From Eledone cirrhosa (Eukaryota): a stretch of 64,000 bases of DNA. A program made the position numbers and the translations under genes. The stretch covers positions 16,492,001-16,556,000 of the forward strand of contig OZ024751.1 of assembly GCA_964016885.1 (NCBI GenBank), written 5' to 3'. The notes under the pieces are model-generated. The model ran no database searches and was not told the DNA's origin. It saw only the letters and a list, made by a program, of their open reading frames with translations. This document shows, piece by piece, positions 1 to 14,697 of this stretch; the first letter of the stretch is position 1, and every line of letters starts with the position of its first letter.

Positions 1-120
1 ATCCAGTTTATGAAAGATTTTGCATATAACTTTTCTAATTTCTTATGATTAGTCTAGATTAATATTCTTTCTACATCAGTTAAAATTGAACAAAACAAAG
101 ACATAAAAAATAATTTACAG

Positions 121-217
121 AACGTTCCTCAGAATAAACCCCGTGAAAATTAAGGAAAAATTTCCACATACACGAGCACAGCATATCTCCAATGGTTTAT
201 TAGATATTTTCAACACG
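121..217 (+). CDS. Candidate internal exon of unidentified host gene (xTFLRINPVKIKEKFPHTRAQHISNGLLDIFNT)
   Basis: Acceptor TTTACAG ends at 120; open, non-repetitive frame; weak donor ACG|GTGTTG; ends in phase 0, compatible with the next candidate exon. Confidence 0.35.
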
Positions 218-694
218 GTGTTGTGGCAGTACATTATAATACAGAACACGAATAACAATTTACAATTCAATGACAAATAGAAAATTAGCTTTGGAGCCTT
301 GATTACTTGCGTAATACAAAGCTTTCTACAGACATAGAAATACACCACACATCACATATAGTATAAGAAATACAAGTTAAGTGTTAAAGAATTTAAAACT
401 ATGGGGAATATATCTGTAGCTGGTACAAACAACATTCGTTTATTTCCTTCGTTACCTACATAAAACTCGGTTAAAGTGTCCATATATTAGATGAGGGTGA
501 GAATGTCGAGAAATATTATTGGACGTAGGAGTACTTTCATAAGGAAACATGATAAATCTTCCATAACTACTCTTAAACTCTAAACGTGTGGTGTTTACAT
601 TAAAGACGCACACACACACACACACACATACACGTATAAAAAGAAATACAAGTACATTATGAATATGTACGATGTGTTTCTTCTCTTACATTCT

Positions 695-839
<145 letters not shown>

Positions 840-2003
840 TATATATATGAATGTAATCTGAGTTTGTCGAATATTAATAATAATATTCGATTCGTTTACA
901 ATTATGCAAATAAGCCTAATTTTTAAAGTCATGTCAGTAGCATGAGCCCTTCATTCTTGCTCTTGTGTTGGCATCTAAACAGAACTGCAGACACTAATGT
1001 TTCTGGGTATCACCCTTCATCAGTACAGTTCTCTGTTGAACTGCCAAACTGTCAGAGCTAGTGAAAATATATGCTATTTTCAAAAATACACAGTGACTGA
1101 TCGGCCTGATTTGCATATTAGCAGACTGGCTGGCCAGTCAGATCGGCATATTGGCAGATCCACTGCTCAGCCAGATTTGCATATCAGTAGACTGGCGAGT
1201 CAGTTTCTTGTATACGAGCAATCAATGGACGGCTTTGCCATATTCAAATATAGAAGAAAAAGATTTTTGCTCTACATGGCTGAATACAATAAATGTTATC
1301 GGAGTTTTTCGAATATTAAGAACAATATTCGATTCGTTTGCAATTTTGCAAACAAGCCTTATTTTTAAAGCCATGTCAGTAGAACGTACCCCTCAATCTT
1401 GCTCTTGTGTTGGCATGTGAACAGAACTTATATATATATATATATATATATATACGGGGTAACAAATTATTGTTATAGGTAGTCCACTTAAGTGTAGTCC
1501 AGTTATGGTACTCCGGGTAATGGATGATATCAACGCTTGGCTAAGTTTGACTCAACAAGGCGTTTCCATAGTGATGTTGCGGGTACGCTGTAATTCCTAT
1601 GTTGTAAACACTTGGAGTAATAATAAGTCAGGAAAGAAGAGGGACACGGTTTGCAATACAAAAAAGGTTTTTAATCTCATTGCTAACAATTGTTTCTCTG
1701 AATTGATAGGTCAAGAGATCGCTACCCGCTTGTTTTCACGTTATTCGATCACCAATACAAAGTTATAACCAGTCAATCCATCTGAGCTTGATTCTCACAA
1801 GCACCGATGAATTGACTGGTTATAACTTTGTATTGGTGAGCGAATAACGTGAAAATAAGCGGGTAGCAATCTCTAGACCTACCAGTTCAGAGAAACAATT
1901 GTCAGCAATGAGATGAAAAACCTTTTTTGTATAGCAAACAGTGTCACTCTTCTTTCGTGATTATATATATTTTTATATATATATATATATACTCTTGTGC
2001 GAT

Positions 2004-2049
<46 letters not shown>

Positions 2050-2066
2050 ATATATATATATAAAAA

Positions 2067-2194
2067 GGATCGATCGACTTTCGTCAAATCGGACCGAGGG
2101 AACAATGTTTCCGTTGATCTTTCCAATTGCTAATACTATCTATCGGTCGCAACTCCAGGTAGAAAGAACAACGTGAAATAAAGTGTCTTGCTCA
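2067..2194 (-). mobile_element. Partial SINE family A, tail type 1
   Basis: Reverse complement of the 3' half of 12716-12935. Confidence 0.8.
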
Positions 2195-2345
2195 AATCTA
2201 AATCGCAACTCATAACAACAATACGGCACAATTATTTCACCTCAATCGGCCCTGCTCTCTTCAACATCACACCAGGACACGTCAAAACAGTTCGCCAGGT
2301 GGTGCTATTAAGTTAGACATGGCCTGGGCCAATACTGGCCAAAAC
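2195..2345 (+). mobile_element. Short CR1/L2-like LINE ORF2 3' fragment
   Basis: HNYFTSIGPALFNITPGHVK resembles the GPxLFNxLPxxIR end motif. Confidence 0.35.
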
Positions 2346-2381
2346 ATTTCAAAGTTATTCAAAGTTATATATATATATATG

Positions 2382-2424
<43 letters not shown>

Positions 2425-2572
2425 ATATATATATGTATATATATATGTAGGAGGTGAGTTTTATTGTAGTACAATAAAGCAATGCAGATATCGGATAAGA
2501 AGCACTCTACAGTTTGTGGGACTGGAGTATGCATAATATAAGATCAAAAGATGGTTAAAGGAGTTCCATATA

Positions 2573-2639
2573 TTTTATTATGCGCATTTCAAAAACAAAC
2601 ATCATCAAACAATAATATTTGCGTTTTCATCAGATAAAA
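2573..2639 (-). ncRNA. Minimal hammerhead, inverted copy
   Basis: Reverse complement of 2765-2831 with 1 difference. Confidence 0.8.
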
Positions 2640-2764
2640 CAGGAGAACATGATATGAAGGCTAAAAAACACTTGTTGATAGTGCAGTTTTAAATCAACAT
2701 ATCATGTTGATTTAAAACTGCACTATCAACAAGTGTTTTTTAGCCTTCATATCATGTTCTCCTG

Positions 2765-2831
2765 TTTTATCTGATGAAAACTCAAATATTATTGTTTGAT
2801 GATGTTTGTTTTTGAAATGCGCATAATAAAA
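2765..2831 (+). ncRNA. Minimal type I hammerhead ribozyme
   Basis: TTTTAT-CTGATGA-[stem II CAAATATTATT/GATGATGTTTG]-GAAA-TGCGCA-TA-ATAAAA. Confidence 0.8.
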
Positions 2832-2867
2832 TATATGGAACTCCTTTAACCATCTTTTGATCTTATA

Positions 2868-3966
<1,099 letters not shown>

Positions 3967-4142
3967 TGTTCCCATCCCTTTCTGTTTTCGTTTATCTGAC
4001 CGGTAGTAGCATACTATAAACTTTAGCCACGTCACTCCAGGGCGACCGGCTGAGGTTGAAGGAACAGAATAGCGGTCGCCCTCGGGTCCTCGATTTTCAG
4101 CCCCATGGATTTTATCTATTACATTCACGTATTATATTTCGA

Positions 4143-4200
4143 AAACCTGATGATATCACCGGATTCATACGGAACCCGGTCATTGAAATGATCATAGTAT
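4143..4200 (+). ncRNA. Minimal hammerhead with weak stem I
   Basis: CTGATGA-[ACCGG/CCGGT]-GAAA-TGATCA-TA. Confidence 0.55.
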
Positions 4201-4417
4201 AATAAACCTTTCAAGGATTTACACAAATCTAGCCTCCTGTCATTTCATTATAATATTTAACTCCGTAACAGCACCACCAACTACAAAAAAAAGACGGTTG
4301 AACTGCTTTACGTTGAGTACTCTCTATATTATTGCATTACGATTGACCATACGGAATAGACCAGCTCTATACAGTGGTGAACCTCAAACCTGAATATATA
4401 TATATATATATATATAT

Positions 4418-5324
4418 AAAGAAAAAGGGATGAAATCGAAAATGCAACTGAAGTCTTATTTTTTTGTTTTTTTAAATATATATATTTATTTGGTTCCTTT
4501 ACCGGGTTCGCAGTTCTTCTGCTTTTCAAAAGGTGAGTTGAGATGGAGGGTCTGTGGTTTTTCTCACATCTGGTTGGTCTCTAAATGTTACTTGTTTTAT
4601 ATGGAAAAAGTGGCTCGAAAACCAGGTTTTTCGAGAAGTAATTTGATTGGTTTGTCAATAATTATAATAAATTTCGCGCCAGCTCGCGTTACAATAGTTC
4701 TTCAAATAAGAGAGGGGGGGGGGGTTGTCACAGGTTGTTTTTTCATATATGAGTGTTTGAATTTCTTTTTACTTGAAAAAATGAGGCTCACGAAGGCTTT
4801 TTTTTGGTTGGTTATAAATGAAATTTGGCTGTCACGTGAACAAGTTTTCATTACATTTTTGCGCCCTTATTTGGAAAACTATTTTGTAGTCTTTATAGTG
4901 AATGTTATGACAATGGAGAGATAGTGGTCAAAGGAAAAGGGATTGGGAGAAATGTTCTGGTTCAGTGAATATGGCCAGCTGTCAGAGTTCAGGTGTCAGA
5001 GTTCAGATTTTCTATTGAGACTGAAGATATGTGTTTATTTGTGTGCTTGTGTGTGTGTATATGTGTGTGTGTGTGTATTGGAAGATGATTCTATTGGTAG
5101 AGATGGGGGAGGGAGTTGTGTGTGTGTGTATATGGGTGTTATGTGTGTGTGTGCGAGTATGTTAGATAGAGAGAATATATATTTTGTGTGTGTGTATATA
5201 TATATGTGTGTAGGAAAGTGGTTCTATTAGTAGAAATGGGGAGGGTGTTGTAGGTGTGGGGGTTGTTATGTGTGTGTATGGGTATTATGTGTGTGGGAGT
5301 ATGGTTAGCATGTTAAGATGAAGA

Positions 5325-5361
<37 letters not shown>

Positions 5362-5905
5362 GTGTGTGTGTATGTGTGTGTGTAGGAAAATGATTCCTTT
5401 AGTAGGAATATTTTTGAATGAACATATCTTCCTGACTTTTTCGTGTTTGCTGTTGTATTGCCAGTGCAAACGTATGTTTAAGGTTTATTTAGTTCGGGTT
5501 TTTATTTTCTAAAGTAGGTGTTATGTGTGTGTGTGTATGTCATATTGTGGTGTTGACATAATGTATATTAAACCTTATTTAATGTTGGTCCATATTTTTG
5601 AATAAACATATTTTCCTTATTTATTCGCATTTGTTCTGTTGTATTGTTAGCGCAAAGGTAAAATGGGAAGACTTGGAATTTGGGTGTCTTATTACTTGCG
5701 CAAATGTCTAGATATGCACTTAGTGGTATCTGTCTCGTGGTTGGATCTCGTAATTGTTGGCGATGAACTGTCATTCTGTTTCTGAGTGTGAGTTTAGTTG
5801 TGTCCTATATAATCTTCATTGCATCCTTTACATTTAATGGCATAAATTAGATTTTTTGATGAGCAAGTGAAGTGATTTTTTACAGTAAAATTTTGTCCTG
5901 ATTTA
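4418..5905 (-). mobile_element. 3' end of a Penelope-like element (Neptune-type GIY-YIG endonuclease, 3' UTR, hammerhead-bearing terminal repeat)
   Basis: Minus strand 5568-5880: HFTCSSKNLIYAIKCKGCNEDYIG-(frameshift)-LRNRMTVHRQQLRDP...KENMFIQKYGPTLN; terminus 4418-4570 matches 60535-60830. Confidence 0.85.
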
Positions 5906-5914
5906 AATGTATAC

Positions 5915-5967
<53 letters not shown>

Positions 5968-6190
5968 GTTAAGGCAAATGGCTGAGTGGTTAGAGAATTT
6001 GATTTACAATCATGAAGTTGTGAGTTTGATTCCTGGACCGGGAGATGCGTTATGTCTTTGAACAAGACACTTTATTTCATGCTGCTCCATCCACCTGGAG
6101 ATGCGACCGATAGATAGTATTAGCAATTGGATAAACCAACGGAAACATTGTTTCCTTGGTCCGATTTGACGAAAGTCAGTCGTCTGTCTA
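5968..6190 (+). mobile_element. tRNA-derived SINE, family A, tail type 1
   Basis: Box A TGGCTGAGTGG, box B GAGTTTGATTCC, CORE-like CAAGACACTTTATTTC; homologous to 12716 and 38491. Confidence 0.85.
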
Positions 6191-6570
6191 TATATATATA
6201 TTGTACAATGAAGATTCATTTTACTTTAACCCTTGATATATTAGGAGAAGAATCTTAACGTTTCAGACGCTAGTACTTCATCAGACGATATAATGAGAAA
6301 TAAAAGAATAGAAAGATAGACGATTCTGGGAAGTGTTTAAATTCTGTCTCGTACTGGGAGGCTCACAGGCCTGTGACTACATCTCGTATATATATATATG
6401 ACTATATATATATATATGTATATATATAAAATATATATATATATATCGCACAAGAGTACTCGATACTTTGGGTAGTAGAGTGGGTAATAGGAAAAGAGTC
6501 AGGACCCCAACGGCAGAGCTCAAGCCGTTTCAACGGCTATTTCTGGATTCTGCCGTCGGTGTCCTCACTC

Positions 6571-6643
<73 letters not shown>

Positions 6644-7140
6644 AGTATTGAATTTTCCGTTGAAAATTGAAAAAGCCATAGGAGTGAAGAGTGGTCTATG
6701 TAAGTACCAGAGCTAAATTTTATGTATAATAAACAATACAATATAATTACCTCATTACCAGAGGTTTCCCGAATAAGATTGTATTCGTCTTATTCGGGAA
6801 ACCTCTGGTAATGAGGTAATTATATTGTATTGTTTATTATATATATATATATATATATATATAATCATATCAAACCTCAGTCCACCATTTGCCTCCGTCA
6901 CGGAACCATAGTTCAACTAAGCACTCTTGCTATATTAACACATTTTGAACTGCTTAACTTCAATGACTTTCCTTGTAAATAACATTATTTTTTCTCCCAC
7001 ATTGACTTTTTCTGTTCTACATTATGCACGTTTTTTTTCCTTTTTCTTTTTTTCTTTTCACTTCATAAACCTTGTTAACATTATTCTTGCTGTACCTTCT
7101 GTTTAACATGTGCGACACCACACTAGTACATTTCACTATC

Positions 7141-7177
7141 ATTTGATAATGCAGAAAAATGCTGAAACCGGTAATAG
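7141..7177 (+). ncRNA. Hammerhead-like motif, U3-A8 variant
   Basis: AT-TTGATAA-[GCA/TGC]-GAAA-CCGG-TA-AT; short stem I. Confidence 0.5.
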
Positions 7178-7364
7178 ACAATAATTAAATAGATAAATAG
7201 ATAAATAAATGCCATTGTTAAATAATAAATAAATAATACCTTAACACTTCGTACAAAGTAAAATATTTCGTTTTAATCATTTTCTAACTCAGAAAAAAGA
7301 GAGAGAGAAACAAAAAAGGAAAAAAAAAATGTTTTCTTCCTAATAATCGTCTCTTTCTCCCTGT

Positions 7365-7436
<72 letters not shown>

Positions 7437-8210
7437 TGAGAGAGAGATAATGAAAGTCTGAGAAATAAATATAGACAGTAAAAAAAAAAAAGTAGTTAGA
7501 GAAGACAGATATATAGATATCGTCTAAAGAAAGACAATTAGATATGCAAATATATAGACATCGTCTAAAAAGAGGATGTAATTAGCTTAATATATATACT
7601 TTCGCCCAAATCACGGTAAAATAGTGAAATAGATGTATGTAATTAAATGTCTATTGTAAAACCAAAATTATAATTATAACAGCAAAACTCTCTATAAGAA
7701 CACCATGCTGTTATATGTGATTACTGAGCAGATTTATCGACTGAATATACTGGCGTTTATTTAAACATTATTCACGTAGTTCACTTGTCTCCATTCATTT
7801 ATTACAAAGCACAGATGCATATATATTATTATTTTTCCAAAATGGCGGACTGAATACATACTTTACTTTCGTTTTTTCCTCTTCGCACTATCTATCATTT
7901 TATACCATCTAATATTTCTCATTCTATCTTCCGATGAAGGACTAGTGTTCGAAACATAAATACTCTTTCCCTACTATATCTAGTATTAAACTAATACATT
8001 TTTTCACTATGCTGTGTTGTTTGCTTTGTTGTTTCCATTTAATTTTCACTAACACCCTCCACACCACACCCACACACACAGAAACACACATACACACAGA
8101 CACACACACACATACAAAACACACACACACACACATACACAAACACACCCACATATACTATATTAGCTATAATATAATTGAATAAATTCGGAGATGTTAA
8201 CATTAAACAG

Positions 8211-8258
8211 AATCACTTGCGGTACATGAACCAGGAAACTACAGTTTGCCGGATGAAG
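8211..8258 (+). CDS. Candidate 48-nt exon (NHLRYMNQETTVCRMK)
   Basis: TAAACAG acceptor, weak AAG|GTGTAA donor, phase 0-0, GC-richer island in AT-rich DNA. Confidence 0.3.
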
Positions 8259-9121
8259 GTGTAACCCTTCAATCATGGGAAATGCTGTTATTCTTTTTTC
8301 GTTAAATTAAAGCTGATATCTTACAACTATGATGTTAGAATGTACGAGACCACCCGTGACCCGTCGGGTCACGTTCCCTTCAAAATATATTTTTAAAATC
8401 ATGTTCAGTTAAAAATAATTTTAAATAATTAAAATATACACAGACATTAACAAATCTCGCTGTAGAACAACTCTAATCCATGAATATGAATACAATAAAA
8501 CCAAGTTACAATCCATTACTATAACTAACTAAAAATATTCAATACAAACATTAACTAAAATATAACTTAACATATGTAATGGATGGAAATCAGCAACATT
8601 CATATTCTCCACACATACAAATTTGAACTATACAGAAACTCTCATCGCTTTACATCCTCCATAATACACTAACATATTCGCTTAAAGTGCTTGTATTTTA
8701 TGTAATACCTTGCCATACAGTACTCATATATACCTAATACATTTGCTTGTTTCCTTCCAATATATATGACTAACGCATGTACAATCTCTACACGCTTGAA
8801 TATATACTACTCTCAATGCCTCTTTAATTATTAGACTATTCTATTGTATTATCTGTCGCATGTATTCCACTCTGTGCTTTTAATTTTAATTTTAATATTA
8901 ATTCGAATTATTGTACAATTCTCGTATAATATATGTCGCATCCATTACACTCTATATATACTAAACTGTTGTTCACAACATCAATATATATATCTATATG
9001 CTTCTTCAGTTGAATAGGAGGTTAATTATATGTACAAGCAGAGCAGAGTATAATACTATATGAATCAAGGTATGTGATCTCGTCTCCGATTCCGAATCGG
9101 AGACGAGATCACACACAGAAG

Positions 9122-9200
9122 CATATCTGACGATCTTTCGATTTCAGAGTCAGGTTCGATCGTTCCTTGAGCTGTTCGCTAGTGAAACGTATGTAATATG
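9122..9200 (+). ncRNA. Minimal hammerhead
   Basis: CATAT-CTGACGA-[long, imperfect stem II]-GAAA-CGTATG-TA-ATATG. Confidence 0.65.
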
Positions 9201-9248
9201 TCATTAAATATGTTATGGTGCAACACTGACTCTTTGTTCCCTTAATCC

Positions 9249-9306
<58 letters not shown>

Positions 9307-9317
9307 TCTGTGTGTGA

Positions 9318-9382
<65 letters not shown>

Positions 9383-10029
9383 AATGTATATATAACAGAG
9401 TTTTGTACCTTGCTTGAGGCATTGCTGAATAGAAAACACAAATTTAAATAATTTTGAAAACGAATCAATGCATTAGAAAGAAAATTAAATCGCTAAGATA
9501 ACTAACTAATTTTACATTAGTAAATAAATGATCCCAAATATTTAAAAACCCATCATCTAAGAAGTATCCCAAGGAGTTGACTTGTTTGAAAGGCAGGTTT
9601 AAGTTAAAATAAATGAAAAGACGTTAAAATGTCTGTAGAAAAGTCTGTGATATATGCATGTGTGCGTGAATGTAAGGATGCTTAATGGGATGTTTGTATG
9701 TAAATTTATGTATTGAAAGGCGTGTGCAAATATGTATCTATATATATATAGAAAGAGAGATATTAAACAAATTGAAATAATAGAAGTAAGCTTTATTCCC
9801 TCGTTCTGTTTTACTGCCTTTTGTTTTCAAATTCTAGCTACCTGATGGGGTCGTAGCTGTTGCATAACGGTTATCACCGAAATATATATAACAGCGACTA
9901 TGATTAAACGAAGTTAATTTTAACCTATTAACTTCCACTTTTTGTTTATAAGTATACTCGGGATTAAACAGACCCAGTTGTGCACTACCCTGCATACTGT
10001 AGTTTCGGTAATTAACCAACACATACTCG

Positions 10030-10112
<83 letters not shown>

Positions 10113-10269
10113 TATACATATATTATATACATATATATATATAAGTGTATATATATATGTAAATATATATATATGTATGTATATGTATGTATATATATAT
10201 GTATGTATATACATATATATGTGTATGTATACCTAAATACATATCTATCTATGTGTGTGTATATCTTTA

Positions 10270-10350
<81 letters not shown>

Positions 10351-10806
10351 GTATGTATATGTAAAAGGTAAACAGAAATAACAACAAAATCGGTAGAGTA
10401 TATGGAGGGTTTATATTACGTTAACGTTTGATATAGCATATATATATATATTTCATATATATAAATATATATATATTTAACTGTATACACGTATATATAC
10501 GAAAAACAGACCTAGAACAACACCACTGGGGTATGATACAGTACAATGAAGATATATATAAGCTTATCACTTGGTGATGTTGAAAAAAGGTTTTAACGTT
10601 TAAGACGATAGTGTTTTGCCAGAAGACAGAATGGGAGATAGAAACAATAGAAAGATTATGAGAAGAGGAACTAACGGATAAAAACGGGAAAAAAAATCTA
10701 CTGTAAGAAAGCACGTGTGTATTTTTTAACCAGAAATAGAGAGAGGAAGAGAAGAAGTGAGAGGGGGAAGAGAAAGAGAGGGGTAATGGAGAGATAGAAA
10801 GATAGA

Positions 10807-11131
10807 TTTCTTTATTAGCCACAAGGGCGCAACAAGAAAGGGGACAATACAAAGACATGCCGGGGATTTTACATACAGTCGTGTAAAAAATATAAAAACA
10901 AACAATTTCAACAATCGAAATCCCCAATAGGGGGGAGGCGCCACAAATGGGTTGTTTAATACCCCGTCGATAGAACAACCCTCAACTCAAGGAGCGTGTT
11001 GTGCAAGTGCTCCTTTCTTCCTTTTGCTCTCTTCCTCAACCTACAGGCTTATAAACAGAGAAGGCCCAATCACTCGGGCCATTTTCGCTTCATTCACCCA
11101 CCTTTCAGTAAATTTACTGGGGTGCAGTGCC
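10807..11131 (-). mobile_element. Second, diverged 3' end of the Tx1-like LINE in (GATA)n
   Basis: Minus strand LHPSKFTERWVNEAKMARVIGPSLFISL* is homologous to 24020-24110; same GTGGCTAATAAAGAAA end. Confidence 0.75.
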
Positions 11132-11132
11132 T

Positions 11133-11184
<52 letters not shown>

Positions 11185-11307
11185 TACTGTTGTTACAAAA
11201 GAAAGAAAAAGCCTATGAACAGAACATGGATGGTGAGTATTTATATTAACCATTTAATTTAATCCTTTACTATCAGGGGTTTCTTAACTAAAATATTTCT
11301 AAATAAT

Positions 11308-11497
11308 TGTTTCTACTTTAGGCACAAGGCCAGCAATTACCCAGTGCATTACTGGTACTTTATTTTATCGACCCCGTAAGGATGAAAGGCAAAGTCAACC
11401 TCGGCGGGATTTGAACTCAGATCGTAAAGGGACGTAACTATGCTGGAAAGCATGGCGTCCGACCCTCTATTGATACTGCCAATCAACAGCCCTTAAC
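11308..11497 (-). mobile_element. tRNA-derived SINE family B with 15-bp TSD
   Basis: Box B GAGTTCAAATCC on -; ATATTTCTAAATAAT at 11293-11307 and 11498-11512. Confidence 0.88.
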
Positions 11498-12457
11498 ATA
11501 TTTCTAAATAATAGTGGGCTATGAGAAGAGTAAAACATGGTGGATGAAAAGTTTAGGGGCCTATGTTACTAAAGGCTTCCATTGGTTGGCTCGGATCATG
11601 TGCTGGTGTTGATAAGTCATCGACTCTACCAAGATGTTTGTATCGCTCTGGCACGATTATTCTCAGTTAAATTCCGGTGACATCGGATATATGATTTCAT
11701 TGACTTCCTATTGGCATCAACTAGTCTGGAGCGCCTTCTACTCTGTATACCGAGGTCCCTGGGGGGGGGGGGGGGGTCGAAAATTTGTATGACATTTATA
11801 GTGTCCTTTTGTACGTGAGATGTTTAAGCTGGTTTCAGCTGTCAGTACATCATGCTAGTATTATATATATGTATATAAATATATATGAATATGTATAATA
11901 TATATATATATATATGTATATATATATGAATATACATATATCTGAATATGTATAATATATATATATATATATGTATATATATATGAATATACATATATCT
12001 GAATATGTATATATATATGTATATATATATATATATCTGAATATGTATATACATATATATGTATATATACGTGAATATGTATATATATATATATATCTGA
12101 ATATGTATATACATATATATGTATATATACGTGAATATGTATATATATCTGAATATATACATACATATATATGTATATATATACATGAATATATATATAT
12201 ATATATATCTGAATATGTACATACATATATATGTATATATACATGAATATATATATATATATATAGTTTTAATATAGATGAGATTCTACAGGACTAGAAC
12301 TGTTTCATTCATTTGAAATCATCAGGAATCCTGATGATTTCAAATGAATGAAACAGTTCTAGTCCTGTAGAATCTCATCTATATTAAAACTGTTATACTC
12401 TGCTATGTATTGAGTACCTTACTTACTGTGGTTACCTCCGATTCAACCCGGAATAAC

Positions 12458-12666
<209 letters not shown>

Positions 12667-12667
12667 C

Positions 12668-12715
<48 letters not shown>

Positions 12716-12718
<3 letters not shown>

Positions 12719-12935
12719 AGGCATGTGGCTGAGTGCTTAAATAATTGGATTCACAATCTTGAGGTTGTGAGTTCGATCCCTGGCCCAGACGATGCGTTAT
12801 GTCTTTGAGCAAGACACTTTATTTCACGTTGCTCCTTCTACTTGGAGTTGCGACCGATAGATAGTATGAGCAACTGGAAAGACCAACGGAAACATTGTTT
12901 CCTCGGTCAGATTTGACGAAAGTCGATCGATCCCC
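12716..12935 (+). mobile_element. SINE family A, tail type 1
   Basis: Same A/B boxes and body as 5968-6190. Confidence 0.85.
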
Positions 12936-13007
12936 CCCGAAAAAAAAATATATATATACATATATATATATATATATGTATATATATATGAATATATATA
13001 TATATGC

Positions 13008-13099
<92 letters not shown>

Positions 13100-13221
13100 A
13101 TATATGTATATATATATATATATATGAAGTAATTCCGTCGGAAAAGTCCAGGAAAAAAGAGTGCTTTATGTAGGTAACAGGGCTTAATAGTTATGTAATA
13201 AACAACATAAAGCCATTATTC

Positions 13222-13275
13222 CATTTACCAGTGGTTTCTTAAAAGCAAATAATTTTGCTTTCAATCATCAGAATG
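13222..13275 (-). ncRNA. Minimal hammerhead
   Basis: CATT-CTGATGA-[TTGAAAGCAAA/TTTGCTTTTAA]-GAAA-CCACTGG-TA-AATG. Confidence 0.8.
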
Positions 13276-13353
13276 AAAAAATCCTGGTCTATTTATTGAT
13301 ATTGGATTCAATATCAATAAATAGACCAGGATTCAATATCAATAAATAGACCA

Positions 13354-13536
13354 GGATGTTATCCGGCCCAAAGGCTTTTGAGGCTTTGAGCTGTTTGATG
13401 GCTTCTTTAAGCTCAGGCATGGTGAAAGGAGAGGTGTTGATTCCTAAAGGGTCTGAAACCTGAACGGATGGCAGTTGATAGTTATCAGGGAGTCTGGCCT
13501 TTCATTTTAAAAACCTTCTAGGGAAAAAGGCCAGAC
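13354..13536. mobile_element. Detached, rearranged 5' part of the same RTE ORF
   Basis: 13354-13500 on - reads ARLPDNYQLPSVQVSDPLGINTSPFTMPELKEAIKQLKASKAFGPDNI; 13501-13536 on + reads FHFKNLLGKKAR; GPDNI continues seamlessly into PTLIWKD at 14698. Confidence 0.85.
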
Positions 13537-13726
13537 ATACATATACGTATACAGATGTACAGTAGTATGTATATATATATATACATACATGCACACATAT
13601 ATATATGTACGTATGGATTACCGAACATTTATTAGAATGCTCGGTGTGTTTGTAAACAAACATCCCGAATTAAACCGTACATTGTTTAGCACCATCGTTG
13701 CTCTTTTGTTCAACACTGACAAAGGA

Positions 13727-13769
13727 ACGATGTACTAGTTTCAAGCTTATTAGCTATCGTCAGCACCGT
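13727..13769 (-). ncRNA. Minimal hammerhead
   Basis: ACGGTG-CTGACGA-[AGCT/AGCT]-GAAA-CTAG-TA-CATCGT; second copy at 46778-46813(-). Confidence 0.8.
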
Positions 13770-13974
13770 ATACCTTCCTGCCAGATGATTGAACGTCTGA
13801 AAGTATATACCTTCCTTATGCATATTAACGGCTGAGCAGCCTAATTTGCATATCGAGTGAGTTAATCGGCCGGGCGCACCGAAATCGATAAACGGAAAAA
13901 ATGAAACGAAATTTCATTTCTCACTCTTAGTACGGCTGTTACTTAAATATAAGTATGTGCAGACACGTAAAAAG

Positions 13975-14006
<32 letters not shown>

Positions 14007-14697
14007 ACAGACGGGCACACACACATATATATATATATATACATATTTATATATATATATATATGCATATTCATATATATGCATATATATACATATTCAT
14101 ATATATATATTGTTATACTTGGGGAGGGTCATATTGTTGTAATAATATTGCCAGAATTAATAACAGAACACACTCATTGGTTGGTTGGTTTTCGCTTCTG
14201 TATCTTTTATATCAGTTAATTTATTCGGTCCTCAATGTTTACCATTGACTGACCAACGGTCAAAAATACAGATATAATATAGATATACACACATATATAT
14301 AGCCTAACAAAGTTCTTTCGTTGCACATCTGCAACATCGTCAGTGGTGCTATTATGTTGTATTGTATATTTACGACACCTTTATTTAATCTGTTTATGTA
14401 TTTATTTTTTTATTTTTGTCTTCTCCGCGCATGCGTTTGCGCGTGTTTCGTGTTTGGTGTGTGTTCGCGTTTGGGTGACTGTGTTTTGGTTATTGTATTA
14501 TAGCATGTTTACTAGTGTGTGCTTATATGTGTTTGTTGTTATTGTGCTTGTGTATATATTTATTTATTTATATTTCTCTTAAGTCAGTATTGTTTGTTTG
14601 GAAGTTGTTATTCCATCATTTTTTCTGTTTAGCTTTGGCCTTTTAAGTTCTATTTCACTCGCCTCTCTGATTTGCCGATCTGCTGGGTCATTATATA

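Noticed and set aside
11515-11612. Possible exon (GYEKSKTWWMKSLGAYVTKGFHWLARIMCWC*) beside a SINE TSD
   Set aside because: Weak acceptor, ends in a stop and does not fit the phase-0 exon chain
12716-12790. tRNA gene
   Set aside because: A and B boxes belong to a multi-copy SINE head; no complete cloverleaf and it continues into the SINE body
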